Positions 51,829 to 62,716 of a stretch of 64,000 bases of DNA are shown one piece after another (position 1 is the stretch's first letter; every line of letters starts with the position of its first letter). Under the pieces are notes generated by a model. It did not search any database. It had not been told where the DNA came from and saw only the letters and a program-made list of their open reading frames with translations. The DNA is from an uncultured delta proteobacterium (GTDB taxonomy: Bacteria > Desulfobacterota > Desulfomonilia > UBA1062). The position numbers and the translations under genes were made by a program. The DNA lies in NCBI GenBank assembly GCA_963752595.1, contig CAVVYZ010000030.1:109372-173371 (forward strand), given 5' to 3'.

Positions 51829-52974
51829 TTACCTTTTAATTCCCACCACTTTATTCAATGCATTCCTCAAAGTGACCGGGCTTGCTTCAGCATATGCATC
51901 GGTCATCTGCCTATTAGTATGTCCGAATAACTGTCTCACCAAATCTTTATCCACCCCGGCATTTATCATCTGACACCCCAAGCTATGTTTTGTTGCATTG
52001 TATAGCTTTATCCTGGGTACTCCTGCCTCATCACAAGCCTTGTTCCAGATCCGGTTAATCGTGCTCCTGGTGTATGGCTTGCCTGTCACCGAATAAGTAA
52101 ATCTGTATCTCAAGTCTCTGTCAGGTGCATTATCTAGAACCTCCATTAATGGCTCTATTATGGGGTAAGTGCGCTCAATTTTTGTTTTAATGTTCACTTC
52201 CTTTTCATATCGATCGAATGTAACTCTGAACATGATGTTGCTTTTTCGTATGTCGATCTTTCTGAATGCTCTGGCCTCTGAGGGCCGGCAGCCGGTTAGC
52301 CTCATGAAATCGAAAATATATCTGTCATTAGATGGTATTTTAGCGAGGATGATATCCTGATCCTCGCTATCTATCCAGATAACAGCCTTCTTCCCGGTAC
52401 TTACCATCGGGAATTTCGGTATTTTTGATATATGCCCTGACTCATATGCATCGGACATAATTTTGTGAAGACATCCAAGGACATTCTTCTTTCCCTTTGC
52501 AGCTCTACTTATTTGATTGCTGAAATCCTTCAACTTATCACTTGTTATATCTGGCAGGTATTCATTCCCGAGATAAGGTAGGATATGATTTTTCAGGCTA
52601 TTGCTATAATCATGTCTCGTAGTATCCGATATTGAGGATTCGATCCTCTCAATCCATCTTTCAGTATAGGCCTGCAGGTGCATAGGCTTTGCTGTCTTAT
52701 ATCTTGCCGGATTAAATATTCCCCGCTCTATCTCGCTGTTAATTATGGATCTTAACTCTGTTGCATTTGCTTTAGATGTGCATGTTATGAAGTTGCCGCC
52801 AATGGGCATAAGATAAATATGATGCCGTTTACCATCCCATGTAATGTCAACATACCATGTTTCTCTTTGTTTGTTTTCTCGGACCTGTCCCCATTTTGAC
52901 ATAAGGTATGTTACCTCTCCAGGAATATGAGTAGGTAAAATACGCTCAAGTGAGGGAAAGGGCAAGGGAGTCAT
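51829..52974 (-). CDS. Tyrosine recombinase/integrase
   Basis: Y..SLKNHILPYLG, TGCRPSE, IKTK, YNATKHS, LFGH..MT..Y. Confidence 0.9.
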   Translation of the reverse strand: MTPLPFPSLERILPTHIPGEVTYLMSKWGQVRENKQRETWYVDITWDGKRHHIYLMPIGGNFITCTSKANATELRSIINSEIERGIFNPARYKTAKPMHLQAYTERWIERIESSISDTTRHDYSNSLKNHILPYLGNEYLPDITSDKLKDFSNQISRAAKGKKNVLGCLHKIMSDAYESGHISKIPKFPMVSTGKKAVIWIDSEDQDIILAKIPSNDRYIFDFMRLTGCRPSEARAFRKIDIRKSNIMFRVTFDRYEKEVNIKTKIERTYPIIEPLMEVLDNAPDRDLRYRFTYSVTGKPYTRSTINRIWNKACDEAGVPRIKLYNATKHSLGCQMINAGVDKDLVRQLFGHTNRQMTDAYAEASPVTLRNALNKVVGIKR

Positions 52975-53093
52975 AATTTCAACTCACCACCCTATGATAC
53001 TTACTTCTTTTTCTATTAATCTTCTCGTTTAAATCAATTTGTCAATGGGAAGATAAAAGTATACCAATTCTGAGAATGAAAAGTATACCACCC

Positions 53094-53879
53094 TTACCCG
53101 ATCGTGCCATGAGAATCGACCCCGTCCTTTGAGATTTTTCCCCTTAAGCGGAAGCTGTTGCCTCTGATGTTGATTACGACGCTATGATGAAGCAAGCGAT
53201 CAAGGATCGCCGTGACGACGACCCGGTCGTGAAAGAGCTCGGTCCAATCGGTGAATGCCTTGTTGGATGTCAGGATAGTGCTGGCCTTCTCATAGCGGTT
53301 GGCAACGAACCGGAAAAAAAGATTGCATTCCTGCCGGTCGATGGGCGTGTAGCCGACTTCGTCAACGACCACAAGCGCCGATTTGTAATAGCTTCTCCCT
53401 CTGCCGGAGCGGCCTGTCTCGTGGTCTTTCCTGAGTTTCCCGATGAGGTCCTCCATGGTAGTGAAGTACACGCTTAATCCCGACTGGCAGGCTTTCACCG
53501 CTAAAGCTACGGCCAGATGAGTCTTGCCCACCCCAGGAGGACCCAGGAAGATCACGTTCCCCCTCTGGCGGATGAAGGTCAGGTCGAACAGCGACATGAC
53601 TTTCTGCCGGTCAAGGCCAGGCTGGAAGGTGAAGTCGAACTCGTCGATGGACTTGATGAAGGGAAGCCCCGAGATCTTCAGCGTGGTTTCCACCCGGCGC
53701 TGCTCTTTCTGGGCCACTTCCTCTTCGAGCAGGTCATCGAGGAAGGAGAGATAGCTTTTCCCCTGTTCCTGGGCTGTATGAATAACGCCATCGAGAATTT
53801 CCCGAATCCGTGGGAGCCTCAACCGGGTGAGGTTGGCTTCGATCCTCTCGAATACCAGGGTATCGCTCATATCGTACAC
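53094..53879 (-). CDS. istB: IS21 helper ATPase
   Basis: GPPGVGKTHLA, VVDEVGY, LTSNK..W, AILDRLLHH, GNSFR. Confidence 0.93.
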   Translation of the reverse strand: MYDMSDTLVFERIEANLTRLRLPRIREILDGVIHTAQEQGKSYLSFLDDLLEEEVAQKEQRRVETTLKISGLPFIKSIDEFDFTFQPGLDRQKVMSLFDLTFIRQRGNVIFLGPPGVGKTHLAVALAVKACQSGLSVYFTTMEDLIGKLRKDHETGRSGRGRSYYKSALVVVDEVGYTPIDRQECNLFFRFVANRYEKASTILTSNKAFTDWTELFHDRVVVTAILDRLLHHSVVINIRGNSFRLRGKISKDGVDSHGTIG

Positions 53880-55195
53880 CCCGCTGCATGGGCATAGGCG
53901 GACACAGGCCTGGTCTCAACATCCATATCATACCGGGGTTTCATCGGTGAGATGGTCAGCTTTGCCCGACCCTTTGCCGGTCTGCCATGATGGTATTTCC
54001 TGGCGTTCATTGCCGGATCCTTGCGAAGGGCCTCATAGAAGCTCTTGTCCTGCACCAGGTGGCCTCTCCCTGTAGGTATCTCGTAGGTGACGATGTGCCG
54101 GTTGTCGGCAAACACTCTCATGGTCTTATCCTTTACCCGAAGCACGATCTCTTTGCCCACAAGAGTATGGGGAACAACAAAGCTGTTGCCTTCAAAGCGT
54201 ACCGTGCAGTCTTTGTGCACCTTCCGGTATACCCGGTACGAGGTGTCGAATGGACGCGTGGGCAAGGACTTCAAGTAAGGCTGCTCACGCTCGAACCGTA
54301 CCCGCACCACTTCATGGGTTGTCCCATGCACCCTCTCATCCTTGATGGCAAGCCACTCTCGCAGATCCCGGTTTGCTGTCTCAAGGCAAGTGAATCCATA
54401 TCCTCTCCAGAATCCTTCCCGGATGAAGGAATACGGCCTCTCTACCTTGCCCTTTACCCAGGCGGCATAGGCAGGAGCCACCCTGAGGTTGAACCCGTAA
54501 TGTATGGCAAACCCCTCAAGCGTTGCATTGAACCTGGTCTTGCCCGCAAGCTTTCCGATGTAGACGTTCCTCATCCGGTCATAGAGGATCTCTCCGGGAA
54601 CTCCTCCAAAGAAGGCAAATGCCCGGATATGGCAATCCAGAAAGGTCGGCAGGTCACAGTGCTCGATGAACTCGGCATAGAGTTTGCGCGAGTATCCCAG
54701 AATCATGCAGAACAGATAGTACTTCTTAATCGAGCCATCATCATGCTCCACTTGAAACTCGCCGAAATCTACCTGCGCCTGGAATCCGGGCTCGCTCTCG
54801 AACCGCATATAGGCTATGCGCTGCGATTCCTCCTTGAGCTTATGGACCTTCAGCTTCACCAGGTCATAGCTACCTGTATATCCAAGCGGTTTAAGGTGAT
54901 CATAAATCCAGGTAGCCTTGTATTCGGGATCTTCATCAAGCCAGACCTTGATGTTCCCCATATAAGGGTCAAGCTTGCTCTCCCTCACAACCACTCGCCG
55001 TTCACGCTCACAGATTTCGGGGTCTTCAAGGTACTTGTGCACTGTCTTCCGGGACATCCCAAGCCGCTTGGCAATCTGCCTTTCGGATAATCCCTGCCGT
55101 TTAAGCGCCACGATGTCCATCACATCTCCCATTCTCTTCACCCGAGCCCTCATGGTTCCGTTTCTGCACTCCATCAAGTGCTCCTCGGAAACCAT
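53867..55195 (-). CDS. istA: IS21 transposase
   Basis: HTH SERQIAKRLGMSRKTV, RFESEPG.QAQVDFG, LGYSR, LYDRM, KGKVER. Confidence 0.93.
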   Translation of the reverse strand: MVSEEHLMECRNGTMRARVKRMGDVMDIVALKRQGLSERQIAKRLGMSRKTVHKYLEDPEICERERRVVVRESKLDPYMGNIKVWLDEDPEYKATWIYDHLKPLGYTGSYDLVKLKVHKLKEESQRIAYMRFESEPGFQAQVDFGEFQVEHDDGSIKKYYLFCMILGYSRKLYAEFIEHCDLPTFLDCHIRAFAFFGGVPGEILYDRMRNVYIGKLAGKTRFNATLEGFAIHYGFNLRVAPAYAAWVKGKVERPYSFIREGFWRGYGFTCLETANRDLREWLAIKDERVHGTTHEVVRVRFEREQPYLKSLPTRPFDTSYRVYRKVHKDCTVRFEGNSFVVPHTLVGKEIVLRVKDKTMRVFADNRHIVTYEIPTGRGHLVQDKSFYEALRKDPAMNARKYHHGRPAKGRAKLTISPMKPRYDMDVETRPVSAYAHAAGCTI

Positions 55196-56420
55196 GTCGG
55201 GGCGGCTGACTACTTCCCGGGGGACACATTCCCCCCGGCCCCTTTGAAAAATCCTTTAATCTCCTTAAAACGAAAAACCTAAAAACCCTCTGGGTGGTAT
55301 ACTTTCACTTTCCCATTTTGGGTCCCTTTTATCATTCCCAGAGACACAATTGTCCTAATCTTACTTTTTGAAACTTCATCCATAAGAGCGCTCAAGCATT
55401 CAGTCATTGACACTTCATGATTATCATCAGCATAGTTCTCTTCTAATTTGAGTGCATACAGGGAAGTCATGGTGCCAAGAGTTTGTTGAGCGAGTCTCTT
55501 TTTGTCAGTTCTAATCGCTTTTACTCGAACAGAAGGATTAGCACCTTGAGATTTTTTATAACCTCCTTTAACATTCTGCCACCATTCAAGTGTTTCTCTT
55601 TGTGTATGATGTGTTCTTGGTCTGTCTTGGAATTTTAGCCATTCTGTAAGATATGCCCAGATATTTCTTCATTTATAAAAAGGTCTATTATCAGATTTAT
55701 TAATAAGGATTTAATTGCTTCTCGTCTTAGCTGGAATTCTATCCTGATGATCTTTTTATCATCTGGGACTTGATCAAGCTTCCATATGTTGAATATCCAT
55801 GTCTTTTTTGATTTGTATAGGATTTCAAATGCCTTATCGTATATACGGGCAATGATTTGACCCTTTCCAATACTGAGACCCGTGAAATTGGGACCGGTTC
55901 GATGGCTACTGTTGTCTCTTGCCCTTGTGACTAAATATTCCAAGATCTTCTAGACCACATGCTTGAAGGGACGACCATATCAATACAAAAATCAACTCTG
56001 CTAGGTTTGATTTCTATGATGTATGTTCCAATCCCTTTGATCAGTTCTAATATCCAAAGGAATGCATTTTCTGCACCCATCCTCCAAAGCGCTTCAGAAC
56101 GTATTTCGACCATAACACTAGGTCTTGATCGTGGATCTATCCAATTACCAATTTTGAGAACATAATCATTTGAAACAAGTATCCAGGTGAAACCCTTGCT
56201 ACCATGGGGTTTAATATTGAATTTCCATTCCTTAGAACTATCTTCAGTCTTTAATAAGCCTTCAGCGTCTTGGTCTGATTCCTTTGATTTATCTTTTAAC
56301 TGATCAAAATAAGTAAATAAATTTATGTTATTCCAACTTAAATAGATGGCTAGGTAAAGAGTATCTATTCCTGAAGCTAGGACCTGATAATCTTCAATTT
56401 TCACGTTAGCAGGGGGGCTG

Positions 56421-56633
56421 TTAGTCATTTGCCCCCCCTTTGCTCATTCGCTCCACTCCCCGTGTCGCTTTTCGCTCAAGGATGGAATCGGCAAGAAGAG
56501 AAGCCCTCCGACGAGCTATAAGTTGCCCATTCTCGGACTTCTCTTCTTGCACTGGGCTTCGCCCAGTACGGCAATCACCTTTATCCTTCCCAAGGAGATC
56601 ACTATAGTCATGAATGTAGTTTTCTTTCGCCAT
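56421..56633 (-). CDS. Small hypothetical protein overlapping the rep start
   Basis: 70 aa ORF whose stop overlaps the rep ATG region. Confidence 0.4.
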   Translation of the reverse strand: MAKENYIHDYSDLLGKDKGDCRTGRSPVQEEKSENGQLIARRRASLLADSILERKATRGVERMSKGGAND

Positions 56634-56972
56634 AGCTTAATCTCGTTGTTCAGGTAGAGCACTATCGCACCAAGAAGAGGGCGATATTTCCCCTACTTCA
56701 AGTGTACAAAAGCAATCACCTGGACATAAAACCAGTTGCTTTACACAGTATAAATTTAGACTAGCTTTTCTTGGTTTTGAGGTATGATGCTTGAATTAGT
56801 TTTTGATATTATTGTGGGATTTTTATAGAGGGTATTACCTTCGGTTTTACTTATTTATTGAGCTCCCTCTGATGGCTCAATCTCATTTCCCCATTATTTT
56901 AGTATTTAGCATACCTTCTATAATAATAATATTACAAATTATCATAAGTTGTCAATATTATTTTAAAACATG

Positions 56973-58383
56973 GAGCCGATTGCAAAACTCCCAAAGAGGG
57001 ATAATATTGCGAATACAGCATATAAGTAATGAAATAAAGAAGAGAAAGCTCTATTCTTTTTGTGCCGAGCAAAAAGAAAGGAGAAGCGATGAGCAATCTC
57101 TTCGAGATATGGAATACCACACAGGCAAGACTTTTTCCATGGTTGGAAGAGAGACTCGATCCATTGAGTGAGAAGGAGCAGCAGTTTGTGAAGGTTGTCT
57201 GTCTGATGGACCTGCCGAAGCACATGCAGGGGTATCGCTGGAGCGGGATAGGGAGGAAGCGAGAGGACAGGGTCTCAATCGCCAAGGCGTTTGTGGCGAA
57301 GGCGGTATACAATTTTGAGACGACGAAGGTGCTCATAGAGTATGTGAGGGGATGCAAGAATCTGAGACGGTTATGCGGATGGGAGGCGAGAGGAGATATT
57401 CCATCGGAGTCGACCTTTTGCCGGGCGTTTGCGGAGTATTCCCGTGGATGCCTGCCGGAGAAGATACACGAGGCGATGGTGAAGACACATTGCAGGGACA
57501 AGATAGTTGGTCATGTAAGCCGGGATGCGACGGCCATAGCGGCACGAGAGAAGGCGGTAAAGAAGCAGATGGATGAAACCGCGCCGTTGCCGAAGAGGAA
57601 ACCGGGTCGCCCCAAGCAGGGAGAGGAAATTGCTCCCAAGCCTCCGAAGAGGCTGGATCTTCAGGTTGGTCGGAGCCTGGAGGAGAATCTAAAGGATCTG
57701 CCATATCATTGTGCTGTAGGGACCAAGATAGACAGCAAGGGATACAAGATGACCTGGAGGGGATACAAGCTGCATATCGACTGTATTGATGGGGATATTC
57801 CGGTGAGTGCATTATTAACCTCTGCGGCAATGCATGATTCCCAGGCAGCGATACCGCTTATGCAGATGACGTCCAAGCGGGTGATAAGTCTGTATGATCT
57901 TATGGATTCTGCCTATGATGCGCCGCAGATCAAGGAATTCAGTGAGGCGCTCTCGCATGTTCCGATCATTGATCCCAACCAGAGGCGAGGAGAGAAGATC
58001 CCGCTTGATCCAGCCAGGAAAGCTCGTTTTGCGCAAAGGAGCAGTATAGAGAGAGTGAACTCGTATCTGAAAGACAATCATGGCGGAAGTCATATCCGGG
58101 TAAGGGGAGCATCCAAGGTCATGGCACATCTCATGTTCGGGCTCATTGTCATAACGGCGAATCAGCTTTTTCAGATGCTTTGTTGAAAGGGGTATTTGCA
58201 AACTTGGACATATTCTTGGTACTTCTTGAGCAGTCATGGCGGATAGCTACGCCCGAAAACCGGCATATTTGGCGATTTTTAGAAGTAACATCAGGTAAAT
58301 GGCTCACATGACCATGAACATAGAAAGTGGCAGCGTCTTTGGGCTTCAAAATCTAAACCGGCTGAGAGTTTTGCAATTGGCTC
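56973..58383 (+). mobile_element. IS5/IS1182-like DDE element (transposase 57062-58186)
   Basis: IRs GAGCCGATTGCAAAACTC / GAGTTTTGCAATTGGCTC; LRRLCGW, PSESTF, SRDAT, GYKLH, MDSAYD, ERVN. Confidence 0.88.
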
Positions 58384-58565
58384 TACAGTATACCTACAGA
58401 TCATTAGCTTTTCAAGGAGTCTGTTACACCACCAGAGAGAATGGCATGAAGGCTCAGTTCTGGTTCGCCATATTGGTTTATGTATTTCTGGCAATCTTTA
58501 TTTAAACCTTAAAATCTACAGCAGCCTACATAAAATCCTACAGATTCTGAGCGCCTCGATACAAG

Positions 58566-60100
58566 AACCCTACAACGGGTGAAGGGGGTGTTCTTTGAAA
58601 AATGAGCGAGGAGGCCATAGAATAATATGAAGAACAATCACAAGGAGGCGAACCATGCTTCCAGAGACGAGGCAAGAAGAAGGGATGTATTCCATCCCTC
58701 AGTTTAATGTGAAACAAGAAGACGTAGAGGGGTTTGCAGAGGACTTGAAAGAATTTTACGAGGCTTTTCGGGGATGTTTTGCCCGGAGCGAGCCGCGGGA
58801 GAATGCATTTCGCTATCTGGAGGGGAGGTTCAGTGGCCTTGAAAGGAAGACGATCGAGCCGATAGCGCTGCATGAAGAAGGTGCAGATGTGCGGCGGATG
58901 CAGACTGCGATCGCGGATGCGGTCTGGGATGAGGATCAGATGCTCCGGACGTATCGGGGGATGGTGAACGAAGATATGGGAGACCCTTGAGGGGGTGCTG
59001 ATTGTGGATGAGAGCGGATTCCGGAAGAAGGGGACGGAGTCTGCGGGGGTGCAGCCGCAGTACTGTGGGACTGTGGGGAAAGTGGACAATTGCCAGGTGG
59101 GGGTATATGCGGGGTATGCATCCCGGCATGGCTATGCACTGATAGACAAGCGGCTGTTCATACCGGAAGCCTGGTTTGATGAAAAGCATGCGGACAAAAG
59201 AGAGAAGGATGCTTTTCCTCCGGGGCTTGCGTTCAAGACAAAGCATGAGCTTGCTTCCGAGATGGTGGAAGGGATTCTTCACGAGGGGATTCTTCCGGTG
59301 AAGTACCTCGTGGCGGATACCGTGTATGGGGAGAGTTCGGATTTTTTTGACGCCATAGAATCCCATCCTGGCATCACCTATTTGGTTGGGGTTGCCTCCG
59401 ATACGCTCTGCTGGCCGAAGGAACATCCTGCCATGGAGAAGAGGACGTATCGATACGGCGGGGTGGTCCGGTTGAAGGAGATCGTTGCCGGGACGGAAAA
59501 GAAGCCGGTGAGCGTAAGAAAGCTTGCGGGGATAATCCCCGATGTGTTCTGGTACCGGCGGAAAGTATCCGAGGGGACCAAGGGCGCGATCAAGTATGAG
59601 TTCACCAGGAGGCTGGTGTCCCTGGCCAGGGAGGGGCTCCCGTACAAAACCGTGTGGCTTGTCATAAGGCGGAGTCTCGATCGGAAAGAGTACCAGTACT
59701 TCATCAGCAACGCTCCCCGAAGCACCCGGCTGGAAGTGTTCGTCTGGCTGAGCGGCATCCGCTGGGCCATCGAGCAGTGCCTGGGGGAGGCGAAGGGGGA
59801 AGTGGGCATGGACCAGTATGAGGTGAGGAAGTACCCGGCATGGAACCATCACATGCTCATCTGCATGCTCGCTCATTTCTTCCTGTGGCACGAGATGATC
59901 CGGTTGGGAAAAAAAAGCACCGCATATTACCGTATCGCAGATGAGGATGCTTCTTTCAGCGATCTTGCCCATGAAAACCCTGAACACGCAGGAGCTTATC
60001 AATCTGGTCTTGTGGATAGAAATCAGAAACCATCGGGCTTTCCTGTCCCATAGAAAACATAAGCTCAAGGAAGGGGCGGGGCATGACGCGTTGTAGGGTT
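58566..60100 (+). mobile_element. IS701 family element (transposase 58655-60096, frameshifted)
   Basis: Perfect 12-bp IR AACCCTACAACG / CGTTGTAGGGTT; IVDESGFRKKG, QYCGTVGKVDNCQVGV, RWAIEQC..AKGEVGMDQYEVR. Confidence 0.9.
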
Positions 60101-60377
60101 AAAGTACTACAGCAATCAAAGAGTTTTGCAATTGGCTCCATGGATTATAATATAAATATTCTGCCCTTTTCTTCTCTCAAAGGGTTTTTTAAAGTGATTT
60201 TGTATATTTTTTGTTCGCCTTTGATTTAGTTTGCGGACATGTTTTGTAAACAGATTGTAATGGATTGCCCGAAAAGCAAGGCCTAGAGCTGCTTGTTGGT
60301 GGGTTCGAATCCCACCCTCTCCGCCATATATTTTTTCTGGATTTTCCCTTGCTATTGGAATTGAATATCTGCAAAAG

Positions 60378-60659
60378 CTACTTGGTTTTCTTTGCAGTAG
60401 TTTTATTGTCGATAATCCAGCCGTATTCAGTAACTTCAACTTTTTTCCTGGTTTCCACCCGCTTCACCGGGACTTCCTTCCTTGTTATCCTGTATACCTT
60501 TCCTTCACCTGTGAAGTGTTTCAAGGCTTCTTCCTGGCTCCGATAGATCTCGATTTTCTGGGTGCCGAAGAGGGAATCCTTGATAATAGCAAACTCTTCT
60601 GCCATACCGGGAATGGCCCAGCACAGGATGATGAAAGCAATCATGAGAAAACTCTTCAT
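60378..60659 (-). CDS. Hypothetical exported protein
   Basis: Signal-peptide-like N-terminus MKSFLMIAFIILCWAIPGMA; 93 aa. Confidence 0.6.
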   Translation of the reverse strand: MKSFLMIAFIILCWAIPGMAEEFAIIKDSLFGTQKIEIYRSQEEALKHFTGEGKVYRITRKEVPVKRVETRKKVEVTEYGWIIDNKTTAKKTK

Positions 60660-60903
60660 AACAACTTGCCCTATTTATAGGTGATTGACTTTTTTATGTC
60701 TCCTGTCAAGACCGTGTTTATTTTTCTTGAAAGATCAATACCTTGGTGATTGTGCGGGCAGGAACCAAGGCTCGCTTTGAGATTTACTTTAGCCATACTT
60801 TATGCTACTTCACTATTGCCTGTTCTTTGAAAAGATGCAACCGGAGGGAGATCTCGTTTCTCTCTATTGGTAAGTAAAAGCGTTTATTTATTCATCTGCA
60901 TCT

Positions 60904-60996
60904 GGAGAGATGTCCGAGTGGTCGAAGGAGCGCGATTGGAAATCGCGTGTACCGCCAAAAGCGGTACCGAGGGTTCGAATCCCTCTCTCTCCGCCA
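60904..60996 (+). tRNA. tRNA-Ser (anticodon GGA)
   Basis: CGCGA-TTGGAAA-TCGCG anticodon arm, long variable arm, GTTCGAATC, GCCA. Confidence 0.95.
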
Positions 60997-61002
60997 TGAA
61001 AA

Positions 61003-61121
61003 GGCCGTGCAAAGGGCCGTGTCTCATGCAATACAGCGCTGCGAACTCCGTCAGGCCCGGAAGGGAGCAGCGGTAAGCGGTACGCTGTATGTGTATGTAA
61101 GGCGCGGCCCTTTGTGCGGCC
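61003..61121 (+). ncRNA. ffs: Signal recognition particle RNA (4.5S)
   Basis: Core TCAGGCCCGGAAGGGAGCAGC in a long hairpin followed by a T-tract; canonical position upstream of dnaX. Confidence 0.92.
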
Positions 61122-61165
61122 TTTTTTCTTGAATTATCACTCTATGAATACTAGGATGCTTTCCC

Positions 61166-62716
61166 ATGTATCAAGTAATCGCACGAAAATTCAGGCCTCA
61201 GAGATTTGAAGATGTAATCGGTCAGGGGCATGTGACGGAGATATTGAAAAATGCCATCGAGATGGACCGTCTTCCCCATGCCTTCATCTTTTCCGGCCCG
61301 CGGGGCGTGGGAAAGACCTCGGTTGCAAGGATTCTTGCCAAGACAATCAATTGCGAAAAGGGTCTCACGAGTACACCGTGCAACGCATGCAGGATATGCG
61401 AAGATATCACTGCATCCCGGGCAGTGATGTCTTTGAGATAGATGCAGCCTCCCATACCGGCGTTGACAACATCAGGGACCTTATCGAGAATTCCCGGTAC
61501 GCCCCAAGCATAGCGCGTTACAAGACCTTCATTATAGACGAAGTTCACATGCTTTCCCGGAACGCCTTCAATGCCCTCCTCAAGACCCTTGAAGAGCCCC
61601 CGGAGCATGTCATTTTCATTATGGCCACGACTGAGCTTGCAAAGGTTCCGGTAACAGTTCTTTCGAGGTGTCAGAGGTATGATTTCAGGCGCATCCCCGT
61701 TGATGAGATAATAGCTCACCTGATGTCAATCGCAACCGGGGAAAACATTCGAATCAGCCCCGATGCTTTGATGATTATCGCTCTTCAGGCAGATGGCAGC
61801 ATGCGTGATGCCCAGGGCATGCTTGAACACGTAGCCGCGACCCAGGCAGAGTCCATCGAAGTTGAAACTGTTGAAAGCATGCTCGGTTTAGTGGGCAGAT
61901 CAACCATGCATGATCTCCTGACGTCCATCCTGTCAAAAGACGTCCCGGCCGTGCTCGATGTGATAAGCAGAGTGTATCAGTATGGTCAGGATCTCGGCCA
62001 GCTGTACCGGTCTTTAATGGAAAGCTTGAGGAATATGATGGTGCTCAAGGCCGGTTATTGCCAACCTTGCACTGCCCAAGGAAGAGAAATCTTTCCTCCT
62101 GGAGATGATCAGGGATGTCGCCTTTGAGGAGTTGCATCGGATAGTGAGCGTCCTCATCCATTCGGAAGAGGATTTCAAGTACACCAGCCTTCCCAAGATT
62201 ACCTTGGAGACGGTTCTCCTCAGAATCGTGTCGGCCCCCGGATCTTACCGATATTCAGCAGGTAATCCAGGCCCATCAGGGAAGCAAGGGGCGGTTCCGG
62301 TGAGGCAGACTGTTCAGATTCCTGCCGCTGAAAAGTACAAGAAGCCTCTCTCGACGCTGCCCCATTCCTGGGACGGGCTTTGTTACATATTTGAAAGATC
62401 ATGATCAGCCGCTCTATGCAATGCTTACCAGTACGACCCGGATCAGTGAAAAGGAAGATATAATCCTACTGGCTCTGCCCACAGTTCTTTTATCGCAGAG
62501 CAGATAAGGAAGGCCTTGCCGGAGATCAATAAGAAAGCACAGGCATTTTTCAAAAAAAACATCGGTATCCAGGTGGAAACCATTGATGCGCAGGAGCAAA
62601 ATGCGAAAAAGCAAAGGCCCTCCGAGGTGCGCGCCCAGGTTATGAAATCCCCGGTTGTCAAAGAAGTCATGGCTGAATTTAACGGAATGGTCAAGGATGT
62701 CAAGCCGAACGAATGA
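61166..62716 (+). CDS. dnaX: DNA polymerase III gamma/tau, several apparent frameshifts
   Basis: ARKFRPQ, GPRGVGKTS, EIDAASHTGVD, IIDEVHML, KTLEEPP, SRC, GSMRDA. Confidence 0.9.

Larger units (their letters stand above)
53040..55346 (-). mobile_element. IS21 family element with 5-bp target duplication CAATT
   Basis: TGTC ends, repeated AAAAGTATACCA motifs, CAATT at 53035-53039 and 55347-55351. Confidence 0.93.
52979..56428 (-). pseudogene. Rep_trans/Phage_CRI-like replication initiator, frameshifted and interrupted by IS21
   Basis: SGIDTL, SRVDFCID, ARIYDK, RIEFQLRRE, WAYLTEWL; removing IS21 rejoins ..KSKIRTI to DLNEKINRKRSKYHRVVS* ending at 52979. Confidence 0.72.

Noticed and set aside
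60299-60328. Additional tRNA gene
   Set aside because: Only the 3' 30 bp of tRNA-Ser is present; it is the att duplicate
61166-62716. dnaX frameshifts as programmed gamma/tau frameshifting or a pseudogene
   Set aside because: There are several breaks, one inside the AAA+ domain, and neighbouring genes are broken alike; sequencing error is the simpler explanation
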